Part shown: positions 17,311 to 25,599 of the stretch, one piece after another
How positions within the stretch are numbered: position 1 is the first letter of the stretch
Layout: the number at the start of each line of letters is the position of its first letter
Assembly (NCBI GenBank): GCA_014804425.1
Contig: JAAUZV010000014.1
Coordinates: forward strand, 437,121 to 501,120
Direction: 5' to 3'
DNA: 64,000 bases
Source of the DNA: Lachnospiraceae bacterium
GTDB lineage: Bacteria; Bacillota; Clostridia; Lachnospirales; Lachnospiraceae
Position numbers and translations under genes: made by a program
The notes under the pieces: model-generated
Database searches by the model: none
Told to the model about the DNA's origin: nothing
What the model saw: only the letters and a program-made list of their open reading frames with translations

Positions 17311-18279
17311 TCACACTGTCTCCTTTGCTGTCGGATCATCCAGAACAAGCCTTCCCTCGTAAATGTCGCGGATGATCCCGTCTATTTCCGGTTCACAGAT
17401 GGAAATATCCTTGATATTTTTTTGTGCAAAGAGATTTTCCATCACGGTATTCATAGGTGTCTCGCTGATATCAAAGGTCCGCGTCTCCTTCTCATCATTT
17501 TCAAGCAGTATTTCGACGGTCTTGGAATTGGCATATTTATTTTTGATCTGATCAATGCTTCCGTCATAGATCTTTTTTCCCTTATCAATGATGATCAGTC
17601 GGTCACAGACCTTCTCGATATCCTGCATATCATGCGTGGTGAACAGGATGGTTGTCTGTTCTTTTTCATTGATATACCGGATAAATTCCCGTATTTTTTC
17701 TTTTGCCACCACATCCAGTCCGATCGTCGGCTCATCCAAAAATACAATTTCCGGTGAATGGAGGAGTGCGGCAACAATATCCCCCCGCATCCGCTGTCCC
17801 AGCGATAGCTGCCTGACGGGCTGGTTGATAAAATCCTCCATCTCCAGCAGCTTCGAAAACAGGCTGAGGTTTTTTTCATATTTCTCCTGCGGGATTCTGT
17901 AAATGAATTTCATCAATTCAAAGCTTTCAATCAACGGCAGATCCCAGTTCAGCTGCGTTTTCTGCCCGAAAACAACACCGATATGTTTCACATACTGCTT
18001 TCGCTGCTTATACGGAATGTAGCCTCTGATCGTTACATCCCCCGCATCCGGATACAGGATGCCGGAAAGAATTTTGATCGTCGTGGATTTCCCCGCTCCG
18101 TTCGGGCCGATGAATCCGACGATCTCGCCCCGTTTGATCGAAAAGCTCACCGTGTCAACCGCTTTTTTGATCTCATAGCTTCTGTTAAAAAGATATTTCA
18201 GCGAAGCGGTCATGCCTTTCCCGCGTTTTGCGATCCTATAATATTTTTTGATGTCCCCTACCTCTATGATGTTTTCCAT
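17311..18279 (-). CDS. ABC transporter ATP-binding protein (second ATPase)
   Basis: Walker A GPNGAGKST, signature LSLGQRMR, Walker B IVFLDEPTIGLD, H-loop TTHDM, and a C-terminal extension of about 80 aa. Confidence 0.9.
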   Translation of the reverse strand: MENIIEVGDIKKYYRIAKRGKGMTASLKYLFNRSYEIKKAVDTVSFSIKRGEIVGFIGPNGAGKSTTIKILSGILYPDAGDVTIRGYIPYKQRKQYVKHIGVVFGQKTQLNWDLPLIESFELMKFIYRIPQEKYEKNLSLFSKLLEMEDFINQPVRQLSLGQRMRGDIVAALLHSPEIVFLDEPTIGLDVVAKEKIREFIRYINEKEQTTILFTTHDMQDIEKVCDRLIIIDKGKKIYDGSIDQIKNKYANSKTVEILLENDEKETRTFDISETPMNTVMENLFAQKNIKDISICEPEIDGIIRDIYEGRLVLDDPTAKETV

Positions 18280-19193
18280 TCGCGCCCTCCGTATATCTTC
18301 TTGATCGTACCTTCTAAATCCGGTTCATACAAACGAATATCACCGATCTTGCTTTTTTTCATCAGATGCTTCAAAATCTGGGTGGTTTCTATTTTTTGTT
18401 TATCATAGTCAATTGTGATCCGGTCAGACTCAATCCGGTATTTTTCCAAAGGAAGGTCTTCCAGATCGGGAAGCCCTTCCACAATCCTGACCTCCATCCG
18501 GTAATAGGGTGAAAACTCGCATATCATACGCTCTGCTTTCCCGTCAAAAATGATCTCACCCTCATGGAGCAAGATCACCCGATCGCAAAGCTTTTCCACC
18601 TCCGCAAGATGGTTGCTTGTGTAAATGATGGTCGCTTGTTTTTCTTTCCCGTCGGCTTCAAAAAACTGTATGATCTTATGCTTTATGGAAACATCCACAC
18701 CGATCAATACTTCATCAAGCAGTAATATCTGAGGCTCTGCAAGAAGAGCATATACCAGCTCGCATCTCATCCGCTCCCCGAGTGACAGATTTCCCGGTCT
18801 TAGATCCATAAACGCTCCGGTTTCAAAAATTTCCTGAAGCTGTTCCAGTCTTCGTGCAAATACGTGCGGATCGATCTGATACATGCTCATGCAGTTTTGA
18901 AGCGAAGCCTTTACCGTAAGCTCCTCCCATAATTGAGATCTCGTTCCCGATAAGTATACCAGTTCCCGAAGGGACTGATGATCTTCTATGATGCTTTCCT
19001 TTCCGCCGGTTCTGATAAATCCGGCATCCGGCTTTATCACTCCCGCTATAACATTCAGCAGCGTCGTCTTTCCTGCGCCGTTTAATCCGATCAATCCCAC
19101 ATGTTCTTTTTTCGCAACATGAAGGGATATGTTTTTTAACACGCTTTTATTTTTGAACGTTTTCGATACATCCTTTAATACGATCAGAAGCAT
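18264..19193 (-). CDS. ABC transporter ATP-binding protein (first ATPase, divergent Walker B context)
   Basis: Walker A GLNGAGKTT, signature LSLGERMR, Walker B ILLLDEVLIGVD (Val replaces the usual Pro), H-loop TSNHL. Overlaps the next ATPase gene by 16 nt. Confidence 0.88.
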   Translation of the reverse strand: MLLIVLKDVSKTFKNKSVLKNISLHVAKKEHVGLIGLNGAGKTTLLNVIAGVIKPDAGFIRTGGKESIIEDHQSLRELVYLSGTRSQLWEELTVKASLQNCMSMYQIDPHVFARRLEQLQEIFETGAFMDLRPGNLSLGERMRCELVYALLAEPQILLLDEVLIGVDVSIKHKIIQFFEADGKEKQATIIYTSNHLAEVEKLCDRVILLHEGEIIFDGKAERMICEFSPYYRMEVRIVEGLPDLEDLPLEKYRIESDRITIDYDKQKIETTQILKHLMKKSKIGDIRLYEPDLEGTIKKIYGGREWKTS

Positions 19194-19230
19194 TCACCGC
19201 CTTTTGCAAATTCTTCCCGACTGCGAAATC

Positions 19231-19259
19231 ACTATACGAAAAAAAATCCCGCACGTCAA
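19231..19259 (-). promoter_or_regulatory. Sigma-A-type promoter for the ABC genes (TTGACG-17-TATAGT), its -35 box lying in the loop of the upstream terminator
   Basis: Minus strand reads TTGACGtgcgggattttttttcgTATAGT, about 35 nt upstream of the ATPase ATG. Confidence 0.55.
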
Positions 19260-19271
19260 CGAGTGCGGGAT
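19238..19271 (-). terminator. Rho-independent terminator after the kinase gene
   Basis: Minus strand reads TCCCGCACTCGTTGACGTGCGGGATTTTTTTT. Confidence 0.7.
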
Positions 19272-19297
19272 AAACAACCTTTATTCAGGGACAAACC
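19267..19297 (-). promoter_or_regulatory. Candidate LytTR-regulator binding site (imperfect direct repeats, 21-bp spacing)
   Basis: Plus strand has GGGATAAACAACC at 19267 and GGGACAAACC at 19288, a 21-bp start-to-start distance. The proximal copy lies 8 nt upstream of the -35 box. Confidence 0.3.
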
Positions 19298-19333
19298 GTG
19301 TTCCCGTTACTTTCACACCGCGAACGGGAATTG

Positions 19334-20116
19334 TTATCCCAGCATCACGCTTACAATGAACATGCCGCCTTTCTCATAAATATCCATATCTCCCTCATAC
19401 TTCTGAACAATTGCCTTCATCTGCTTCATACCATATCCATGCCCCGGCTCTTCCTTGGAGGATGCCAATTCCGGATTCTCTCTTAAAACAGAATGGTCAA
19501 TGCTGTTCTTAACCGTTATCATGTCAAAGCCTTTCTTGGATGCGATGTCCACTTCCAGTTTTGGTGAATCGGAATCCAGCGCGCCGTTTACTGCATTGTC
19601 CAGCATATTATTCAGCAAGGAGGAAAAGTCCACGCTATCCATATAGGAAAACGGAAGATTTTCGATCTCGGCTTTGATCTCTATGCCCTTTTCTTTTGCC
19701 AGAGAGAGCTTCGTGTTGATGATATGACTTAACAGGGAATTGCCGACATTGACATAGGTATACATCCTGTTTAACTTGTCCAGAATCTCTCCCGCATACT
19801 GTTTGGCTTCTTCTGTTCTGTTTTCTTCCAGATACGAGAGAATCACCATCGTATGATTTTTCATATCGTGCTTTAACAGCCCGATCTGCTGTTGTATCCT
19901 CCGTATCTCGCCATCCATTTCCTGCTGTTTATCATAAGCATGCTCCATATCTGACAATCTCTTTTCCATATCCAGATTGTCCGCCACATACCGCGTGAGC
20001 AGCCTGTCCTGCTCCTCCTGTTTTGCTTTATCCTTCCGTTTTCTTTTGACTTCCTTCATCAACAATACTGCCAGTACGATGATGATTGCCACAAGAATGA
20101 TCTCCATATGCTTCAC
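19334..20116 (-). CDS. GHKL-type sensor histidine kinase (AgrC/LytS-class, HPK10-like) with a single N-terminal TM helix
   Basis: H-box LLKHDMKNHTMVI, N-box LLNNMLDNAVNG, G-box GHGYGMKQM. Only one TM helix (EIILVAIIIVLAVLLM). The GTG start at 20116 forms a GTGA overlap with the regulator stop; the ATG at 20107 is an alternative. Confidence 0.8.
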   Translation of the reverse strand: MKHMEIILVAIIIVLAVLLMKEVKRKRKDKAKQEEQDRLLTRYVADNLDMEKRLSDMEHAYDKQQEMDGEIRRIQQQIGLLKHDMKNHTMVILSYLEENRTEEAKQYAGEILDKLNRMYTYVNVGNSLLSHIINTKLSLAKEKGIEIKAEIENLPFSYMDSVDFSSLLNNMLDNAVNGALDSDSPKLEVDIASKKGFDMITVKNSIDHSVLRENPELASSKEEPGHGYGMKQMKAIVQKYEGDMDIYEKGGMFIVSVMLG

Positions 20117-20829
20117 GCTTTCCGAAGTATTTCCAGAATCTTTTTTCTTACCTCTTTTTCATAGCTCCTGCCAACAGGGAGCGCAACGCACTCCTCTCCG
20201 GCTCTCAATAAGATTTCATTATTGCTCATTTTTTCAATATATTCCGCATGGATCAGATAACCTTTATGGCATCGGATAAATCCCTTTCCCTGAAGCTCAT
20301 TTTCCATATTTGTCATTGTCTCTCTGACGCGGATCGTATCCTCTCTGCGTCTTAACACAAGATAATTTTTTTCCGCCTCTACATAAATAATGTCTTTGAT
20401 GCGCACCCGGATCAGCTCCTGACCCTTTCGGATCACTACCTCCTGCTTGTTTGCAAGTAATTCTTTTTGGACCCGCTTTCCCACTTCATCCATTTCCTGA
20501 TCCATATGCGTTTTTCGGATAAATCCAAACGGTCTGTACGCAAAAGTCTGATACACTAATGCATCGTGACTCGTTATGAAGATCAGGATTGTCGGCAGAC
20601 CCTGCTCCTTGATATATTCCGCGATCTCCATCCCGTTATGATAGGGCATATCGATATCTAAAAACAATACGTCTATCGTTTCCCTTTGCAGGTATTCCAT
20701 CAATTCTCTCGGATCATCAATACCGGTATATCGTGCCGATATGTCATTTTCATCAAAACAATTCCGAACCTTTTTTAAGATTTGATCCAGGATTTCTTTT
20801 TCATCATCACATACTACGATATGGTACAT
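20113..20829 (-). CDS. LytTR/AlgR-family response regulator
   Basis: Receiver domain (VCDDE...LFLDIDMP) plus a LytTR DNA-binding domain (IIYVEAEKNYLVLRRREDTIRVRETMTNMENEL...FIRCHKGYLIH). Confidence 0.9.
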   Translation of the reverse strand: MYHIVVCDDEKEILDQILKKVRNCFDENDISARYTGIDDPRELMEYLQRETIDVLFLDIDMPYHNGMEIAEYIKEQGLPTILIFITSHDALVYQTFAYRPFGFIRKTHMDQEMDEVGKRVQKELLANKQEVVIRKGQELIRVRIKDIIYVEAEKNYLVLRRREDTIRVRETMTNMENELQGKGFIRCHKGYLIHAEYIEKMSNNEILLRAGEECVALPVGRSYEKEVRKKILEILRKA

Positions 20830-20848
20830 TTTTGTCTCCTGTCATCTG

Positions 20849-20875
20849 AAAAGAGTGCATAGCACTCTTTTTTTA
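20849..20875. repeat. 27-nt hairpin AAAAGAGTGCATAGCACTCTTTTTTTA, identical to 15497-15523
   Basis: Exact 27/27 identity in direct orientation. Its last 3 nt form the GH43 stop codon (TAA on the minus strand). Confidence 0.95.
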
Positions 20876-22225
20876 CTTTGTAAAGACAAACTCTTTCAGT
20901 TCAAACAGGCATCGGTTCCGAAAAGGTTCTCCCGTCCAGTCAGACGGATACTCTGTCAAAATCCGAAAAAACAGACTGTGTCTTCCGGTTACCGCCTTCA
21001 CCCTTTCCGTGACCGCGCCGCTTTCTCTGCCGATCTTAAGCCGCCCGATCTCCTCCCCATCCTTTCCGTCGAGCAGCACCTGCAGAATACTGTCACAGCC
21101 CATACCATTGATATTTACGGAAAGCTCCATCGTTCTGCTGCCGAAATCGTCTCCGAAATCAAAGTATTTATATCCGATCACGCATCCTTCCGTCACATTT
21201 GTCACAACACGCTCAAATACATTTTTCTCGGTCACAAACGCACCGCCCTCCAGCACACAGGCGATTTCTGCCGGCGTGATCTCATACGGATTCAGGGCAT
21301 CTTCAAATCCCAAAGACGTCATCTCCACCGCGGGAATCGTTCCGTCCGAAAGAATCTCAATCTTCTCGACACAGGCACGCCGGGACATAATGGTACCGTT
21401 GGTCATCCGATGGTAAAAAACATACCACTGCCCGTTGATCTGCGCAACAGAGCCATGATTGTTTCCGCCCGGATATTCCACCCCATTATCTATGATATAT
21501 CCCCGATAAGTAAACGGTCCCGTCGGGCTGTCCGAAGTGGCATACGCAAGCCTGCTGCCGCGCTTCGGCGAATAGATGAGATAGTAGGTATCCCCGATCT
21601 TTCTTGGCGAGCACGCTTCATAAAACAGCGCGTCCGTCTCCGTGAATCCCCCTTCCTCCCGTTTCTCGCAGGGAATGATATGCTCGATGCAGCTCCCGTC
21701 AATGACCTCATACATACTGCCGCTGTCGATCTGCGCCATAAAAGAACGTTCAAATCCGCAGTATATGTACGTTCTGCCATCATCATCCACCAGTACTCCC
21801 GGATCGATAAACCAGCCGTTGCAGCAGATTTCGTCAGAAATCGTATAGTGATACTTATTCAACAGCCGAAACGGTCCCTCCGGTTTGTCGCTCACCGCGA
21901 CACAGCCTATGGAACCTATGATATAGGCGTAAAGATAATATTTTCCGTCCTTTTCCACAACATCCGGCGCATAGAGATAGTGGGAACGGTCTGTCCAATC
22001 CGTATCAGACTCATGATCAAAAGTCTGCTGCGTGCGAAAGATGTCGCCGTGGCACACCCACTGATTCAGATGATCAAGCGGCGCGCTCCAGCATTTTAAC
22101 ACATGATCGCAAAATTTCACTGATCCCGCATTGTCGTGCGAACCATAGATATAGATTCTGTCACCGAACACTCTCGGCTCGCCGTCCGGAATGTATTCCC
22201 AGAGCGGCAGATATGGATTTGGCAT
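20873..22225 (-). CDS. Glycoside hydrolase family 43 (beta-xylosidase/alpha-L-arabinofuranosidase-like) with C-terminal beta-sandwich domain
   Basis: N-terminal NPYLPLWEYIPDGEPRVFGDRIYIYGSHD, then YAPDVVEKDGKYYLY and GWFIDPGVLVDDDG, typical of a GH43 five-bladed propeller. No signal peptide. Confidence 0.8.
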   Translation of the reverse strand: MPNPYLPLWEYIPDGEPRVFGDRIYIYGSHDNAGSVKFCDHVLKCWSAPLDHLNQWVCHGDIFRTQQTFDHESDTDWTDRSHYLYAPDVVEKDGKYYLYAYIIGSIGCVAVSDKPEGPFRLLNKYHYTISDEICCNGWFIDPGVLVDDDGRTYIYCGFERSFMAQIDSGSMYEVIDGSCIEHIIPCEKREEGGFTETDALFYEACSPRKIGDTYYLIYSPKRGSRLAYATSDSPTGPFTYRGYIIDNGVEYPGGNNHGSVAQINGQWYVFYHRMTNGTIMSRRACVEKIEILSDGTIPAVEMTSLGFEDALNPYEITPAEIACVLEGGAFVTEKNVFERVVTNVTEGCVIGYKYFDFGDDFGSRTMELSVNINGMGCDSILQVLLDGKDGEEIGRLKIGRESGAVTERVKAVTGRHSLFFRILTEYPSDWTGEPFRNRCLFELKEFVFTK

Positions 22226-22277
22226 GGATGTCCTCCTTTTATATATTGAAAGAACTGCCGCAAAACGGCAGTCCCTT

Positions 22278-23570
22278 TTATCCGACTTTTAATTGAAATT
22301 TTTTGAGCTGTGTTTCATCGGACACACGCTCAATCTGCGCGCCGAGTGCCTGAAGCTTATATTCCAGATCCTCATAACCGCGCTCAATGTATTGGATCTC
22401 GTCGAGCGTTGAAAATCCGTCCGCCGCAAGCGCCGCAATAACAAGCGCCGCCCCTGCCCGAAGATCGGGAACTGTCATTCCCGCCCCAAGGTATTTGGAA
22501 ACGCCGTCAATGATCGCCATCGTGCTCTCTACCTTGATCTCCGCTCCCATCTTTGTGAGCTCGTCAACATACTTGAAGCGGTTCTCAAAAATACTCTCCG
22601 ATACGATGCTCGTTCCCTGTGCCAAACCGAGCACCGCCACAATCTGCGGCTGCATATCCGTCGGAAAACCGGGATACGGAAGCGTCTTCACCTGTGTGTT
22701 GTGCAGCCGTTTTGCCGCCACAACTCTGACTGCATCGTCCGATTCCTCAACCTCACAGCCAATCTCTATCAGCTTTGCCGTGATCGATTCCAAATGCTTC
22801 GGAATCACATTTTTTACTGTTACATCACCCTTTGTCGCCGCAGCCGCCATCATGAACGTTCCCGCCTCTATTTGATCGGGAATGATCATATACTCGGTTT
22901 TATGTAGCTTCGTTACGCCCTTGATCCGAATGACGTCCGTTCCTGCGCCCTTGATATTGGCGCCCATGGAGTTCAAAAAGTTCGCCAGATCGACCACATG
23001 CGGTTCCTTCGCCGCGTTCTCAATGATGGTCTTGCCTTCCGCCATGCTTGCCGCCATCATCACATTGATGGTCGCTCCGACCGATACTTTATCCATGAAG
23101 ATATGGTTTCCGGTCAGGTGCTTTGCCTCCGCCACGATCGCGCCGTGAACGATGCGCACATCTGCGCCCAGCGCTTTAAATCCCTTGATATGCTGATCGA
23201 TCGCGCGGACACCGATATTGCATCCGCCCGGAAGCGGGACTTCCGCATGCTTGTATTTGCCGAGAAGCGCGCCGATCAAATAATAGGAGGCGCGGATCTT
23301 CTTCATATACTCGTCTTCAATTACTAAATTGTGAATCTGTGAACCGTTTATCTTAACAGTGTGTCTGTCGATCCGGGTAATGACAGCCCCGACGCTCGAC
23401 ATTGCCTGCATCAGTACATTCGTATCCCTGACATCCGGTACATTCTCTATCAAAACTGTTTCGTCCGTCATGATGGATGCCGCCAAAATCGCAAGCGCCG
23501 CATTTTTGGCTCCTCCGATCTCGACTTCGCCCACAAGGGGTGTGCCGCCTTTTACTGCGTATTGATCCAT
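22278..23570 (-). CDS. murA: UDP-N-acetylglucosamine 1-carboxyvinyltransferase
   Basis: ATG at 23570. VEIGGAKNAALAILAA, active-site loop LPGGCNIGVRAIDQH, and YPGFPTDMQPQ. Confidence 0.95.
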   Translation of the reverse strand: MDQYAVKGGTPLVGEVEIGGAKNAALAILAASIMTDETVLIENVPDVRDTNVLMQAMSSVGAVITRIDRHTVKINGSQIHNLVIEDEYMKKIRASYYLIGALLGKYKHAEVPLPGGCNIGVRAIDQHIKGFKALGADVRIVHGAIVAEAKHLTGNHIFMDKVSVGATINVMMAASMAEGKTIIENAAKEPHVVDLANFLNSMGANIKGAGTDVIRIKGVTKLHKTEYMIIPDQIEAGTFMMAAAATKGDVTVKNVIPKHLESITAKLIEIGCEVEESDDAVRVVAAKRLHNTQVKTLPYPGFPTDMQPQIVAVLGLAQGTSIVSESIFENRFKYVDELTKMGAEIKVESTMAIIDGVSKYLGAGMTVPDLRAGAALVIAALAADGFSTLDEIQYIERGYEDLEYKLQALGAQIERVSDETQLKKFQLKVG

Positions 23571-23721
23571 AACGCACCTCATCTATATTTCTAATCTATG
23601 CATATCATTATTATATGCAGGAAACGACTCATCCTACACTCTAATCAACCATGTTGACAACAACCCGCGCATGCGGGTGCCGGCGCAACAACGGTAAGGC
23701 GACCTATCGCAGAGCTCTACA

Positions 23722-23755
23722 TACAATATATGGTATGAGCATACCATATATTGTA
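23722..23755. promoter_or_regulatory. Perfect 34-bp palindrome in the murA leader
   Basis: TACAATATATGGTATGAGCATACCATATATTGTA: 16 complementary positions on each side of a 2-nt centre, verified base by base. Confidence 0.9.
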
Positions 23756-23778
23756 ACTGTCCGTTCACCTATGCGCTT

Positions 23779-23807
23779 ATTATAGCGCAGATGTTCCCTC
23801 GTGTAAA
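23779..23807 (-). promoter_or_regulatory. Candidate sigma-A promoter of murA (TTTACA-17-TATAAT)
   Basis: Minus strand reads TTTACAcgagggaacatctgcgcTATAAT, about 200 nt upstream of the murA ATG. Confidence 0.5.
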
Positions 23808-23857
23808 TCAGAACTTTTGAACAAAGTCAGAGAGAAGTTTGCCAATTTTATGCACAG

Positions 23858-25459
23858 TTAGTCCAAATACGGCCGCGGATCGACCTGGACTCCGTTGATC
23901 AGCATTTCAAAGTGCAGGTGCGGTCCCGTACTTCTTCCTGTATTGCCCGAGTAAGCAATCGCCTGCCCTTGCACGACATACTGTCCCGGACTGACGATCA
24001 CCCTGCTGCAATGCCCGTATCTTGTCTGCCTGCCGTCGGGATGATTGATATAAACCACATAACCGTAACCGCTCGCCCAGCCTGCTCTCGCAACCGTTCC
24101 CGACGAAGACGCCATGACCGTGGTTCCGATCGGCACCGCCCAGTCAACGCCCTTATGATTCGTCGAAGCGCCCTTTGTCGGCGCGGTGCGCCCGCCGAAG
24201 CCCGAGGTAAGGCGTCCGCCGTAGATCGGCTTGATATAAGACGGAGGAATGATCGTTCCGCGCTCAACGATCTTCGGTACCGCTTCGAGCGTCACCTCCT
24301 GCATGAGAATCTCCCTGCCAAGCTCCTCGGTATTTTTGTAGCTGATACTCGCCACGACCTTACGGTGTCCCTGGGAAGGCTCCTGCAGCGTCACCTGCTG
24401 GGTCGTATACCAGCTGTCATTATCAATATAGATAATGTCCGCATCATAATCTTCCTCATAATACCTCTGCTCGCTCCAAAGAACGGACAATGACGGCTCC
24501 GGCACGGTAATGATCAGCTCGTCATCAATATGAAGGATCGAGTTTTGATCTCTGAGCGTGTCCGGATTCATCGCGATCAGTTCTTCCATCGGAAGATCAA
24601 ATTTCATGGATATTTCCGAAAGCGTATCCCCCGGCTGGATCGTGTATATCTGCTGCACTTCCTGATTCTCCGTGATCAGTGCGATCGCCGTATCAAGATC
24701 GGTGAGCTCGTCCTGCGGCAGATATGCCTCCACGACCTCAATATCCTCGTTATATGTCATACCGGAAATACCGAGATCGAAATCTTCAAATGTCTGCTCC
24801 TCAAATTCCTCCTCACGGTTCATCGCTTCCTCAAGAAACCATTCCACACCGGCTACAGTCAGGAACTCTTCCTCCTCCTGCTCTTCTCCGGCCGTCTCGT
24901 CCTGCTTCGCCGTACTTGTGATCACGGGTGTCAGCACATTCAGCTCTCGCTCCGGGTCTAAGACAAGCGATAATGTATAGGCGTTCTCCTCATCATATTT
25001 GCGTAGCGCCGCATCCAGTAGACTGTACACCTCATCCGTGCTTGCCAGATTGACGGTCGTCTCATTGACCTTCACGGTATAGGAACGCTGCATAGTTTCC
25101 TGTCTTGTCCTTTTCAGCGCGTCGTAAATCCTCGCACGGACGGTTCCCTCGTCGTCCACCATGCCGATGTAAACTTCTTCGCCGACAATCTCTACATCCG
25201 CATTCATAAAAACAAGCTCGGACGAGTTCGAGGACATAACAATAGAACGGCGCGCATCCCGGATAAAGCGGTCCACCTTTTCTTCGGCGTCCACCGTTCC
25301 GACCAGTTCCCCGTTTACGGTTACGGTAAAAAAATTATTCCCTGTGCTCTGCAATTTGGTATAATAGGGTAAGAACAGCGCATTCACGGCAAGTGCGAAC
25401 CAAATCGTCTTGATATAGGTAAAGCGCAGTCTTTTATAATATTTTGTAATCAGTCTCAT
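23858..25459 (-). CDS. LysM- and M23-domain peptidoglycan endopeptidase, membrane-anchored
   Basis: N-terminal TM helix, LysM (YTIQPGDTLSEISMKFDLPMEELIAMNP) and M23 motifs (HKGVDWAVPIGTTV...GNTGRSTGPHLHFEM). The tracked start at 25471 is TTG; the ATG at 25459 is preferred. Confidence 0.88.
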   Translation of the reverse strand: MRLITKYYKRLRFTYIKTIWFALAVNALFLPYYTKLQSTGNNFFTVTVNGELVGTVDAEEKVDRFIRDARRSIVMSSNSSELVFMNADVEIVGEEVYIGMVDDEGTVRARIYDALKRTRQETMQRSYTVKVNETTVNLASTDEVYSLLDAALRKYDEENAYTLSLVLDPERELNVLTPVITSTAKQDETAGEEQEEEEFLTVAGVEWFLEEAMNREEEFEEQTFEDFDLGISGMTYNEDIEVVEAYLPQDELTDLDTAIALITENQEVQQIYTIQPGDTLSEISMKFDLPMEELIAMNPDTLRDQNSILHIDDELIITVPEPSLSVLWSEQRYYEEDYDADIIYIDNDSWYTTQQVTLQEPSQGHRKVVASISYKNTEELGREILMQEVTLEAVPKIVERGTIIPPSYIKPIYGGRLTSGFGGRTAPTKGASTNHKGVDWAVPIGTTVMASSSGTVARAGWASGYGYVVYINHPDGRQTRYGHCSRVIVSPGQYVVQGQAIAYSGNTGRSTGPHLHFEMLINGVQVDPRPYLD

Positions 25460-25599
25460 TCTGTTTTCCAAAGATAACGCTGCACCCGGATGGCGCAGTC
25501 TTCATCATCTTTCGTTTTTAATTGTAACATTTTTGTAATAAATACATTCTAGCAATATTTTGCCCGCTTGTAAAGTAAAATGCGGCGGAAAGGAAGGAC

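Noticed and set aside
20855-22099. 414-aa ORF on the plus strand
   Set aside because: It lies entirely antisense to the well-supported GH43 gene. The translation is Arg/His/Ile-rich nonsense with no motifs, and it starts inside the terminator hairpin. It is a shadow ORF.
23722-23755. The murA-leader palindrome as NrdR boxes
   Set aside because: The half-sites loosely resemble the ACAC.ATATAT.GTGT NrdR box. However, the flanking CAC/GTG positions do not match, and the downstream gene is murA rather than a ribonucleotide reductase.
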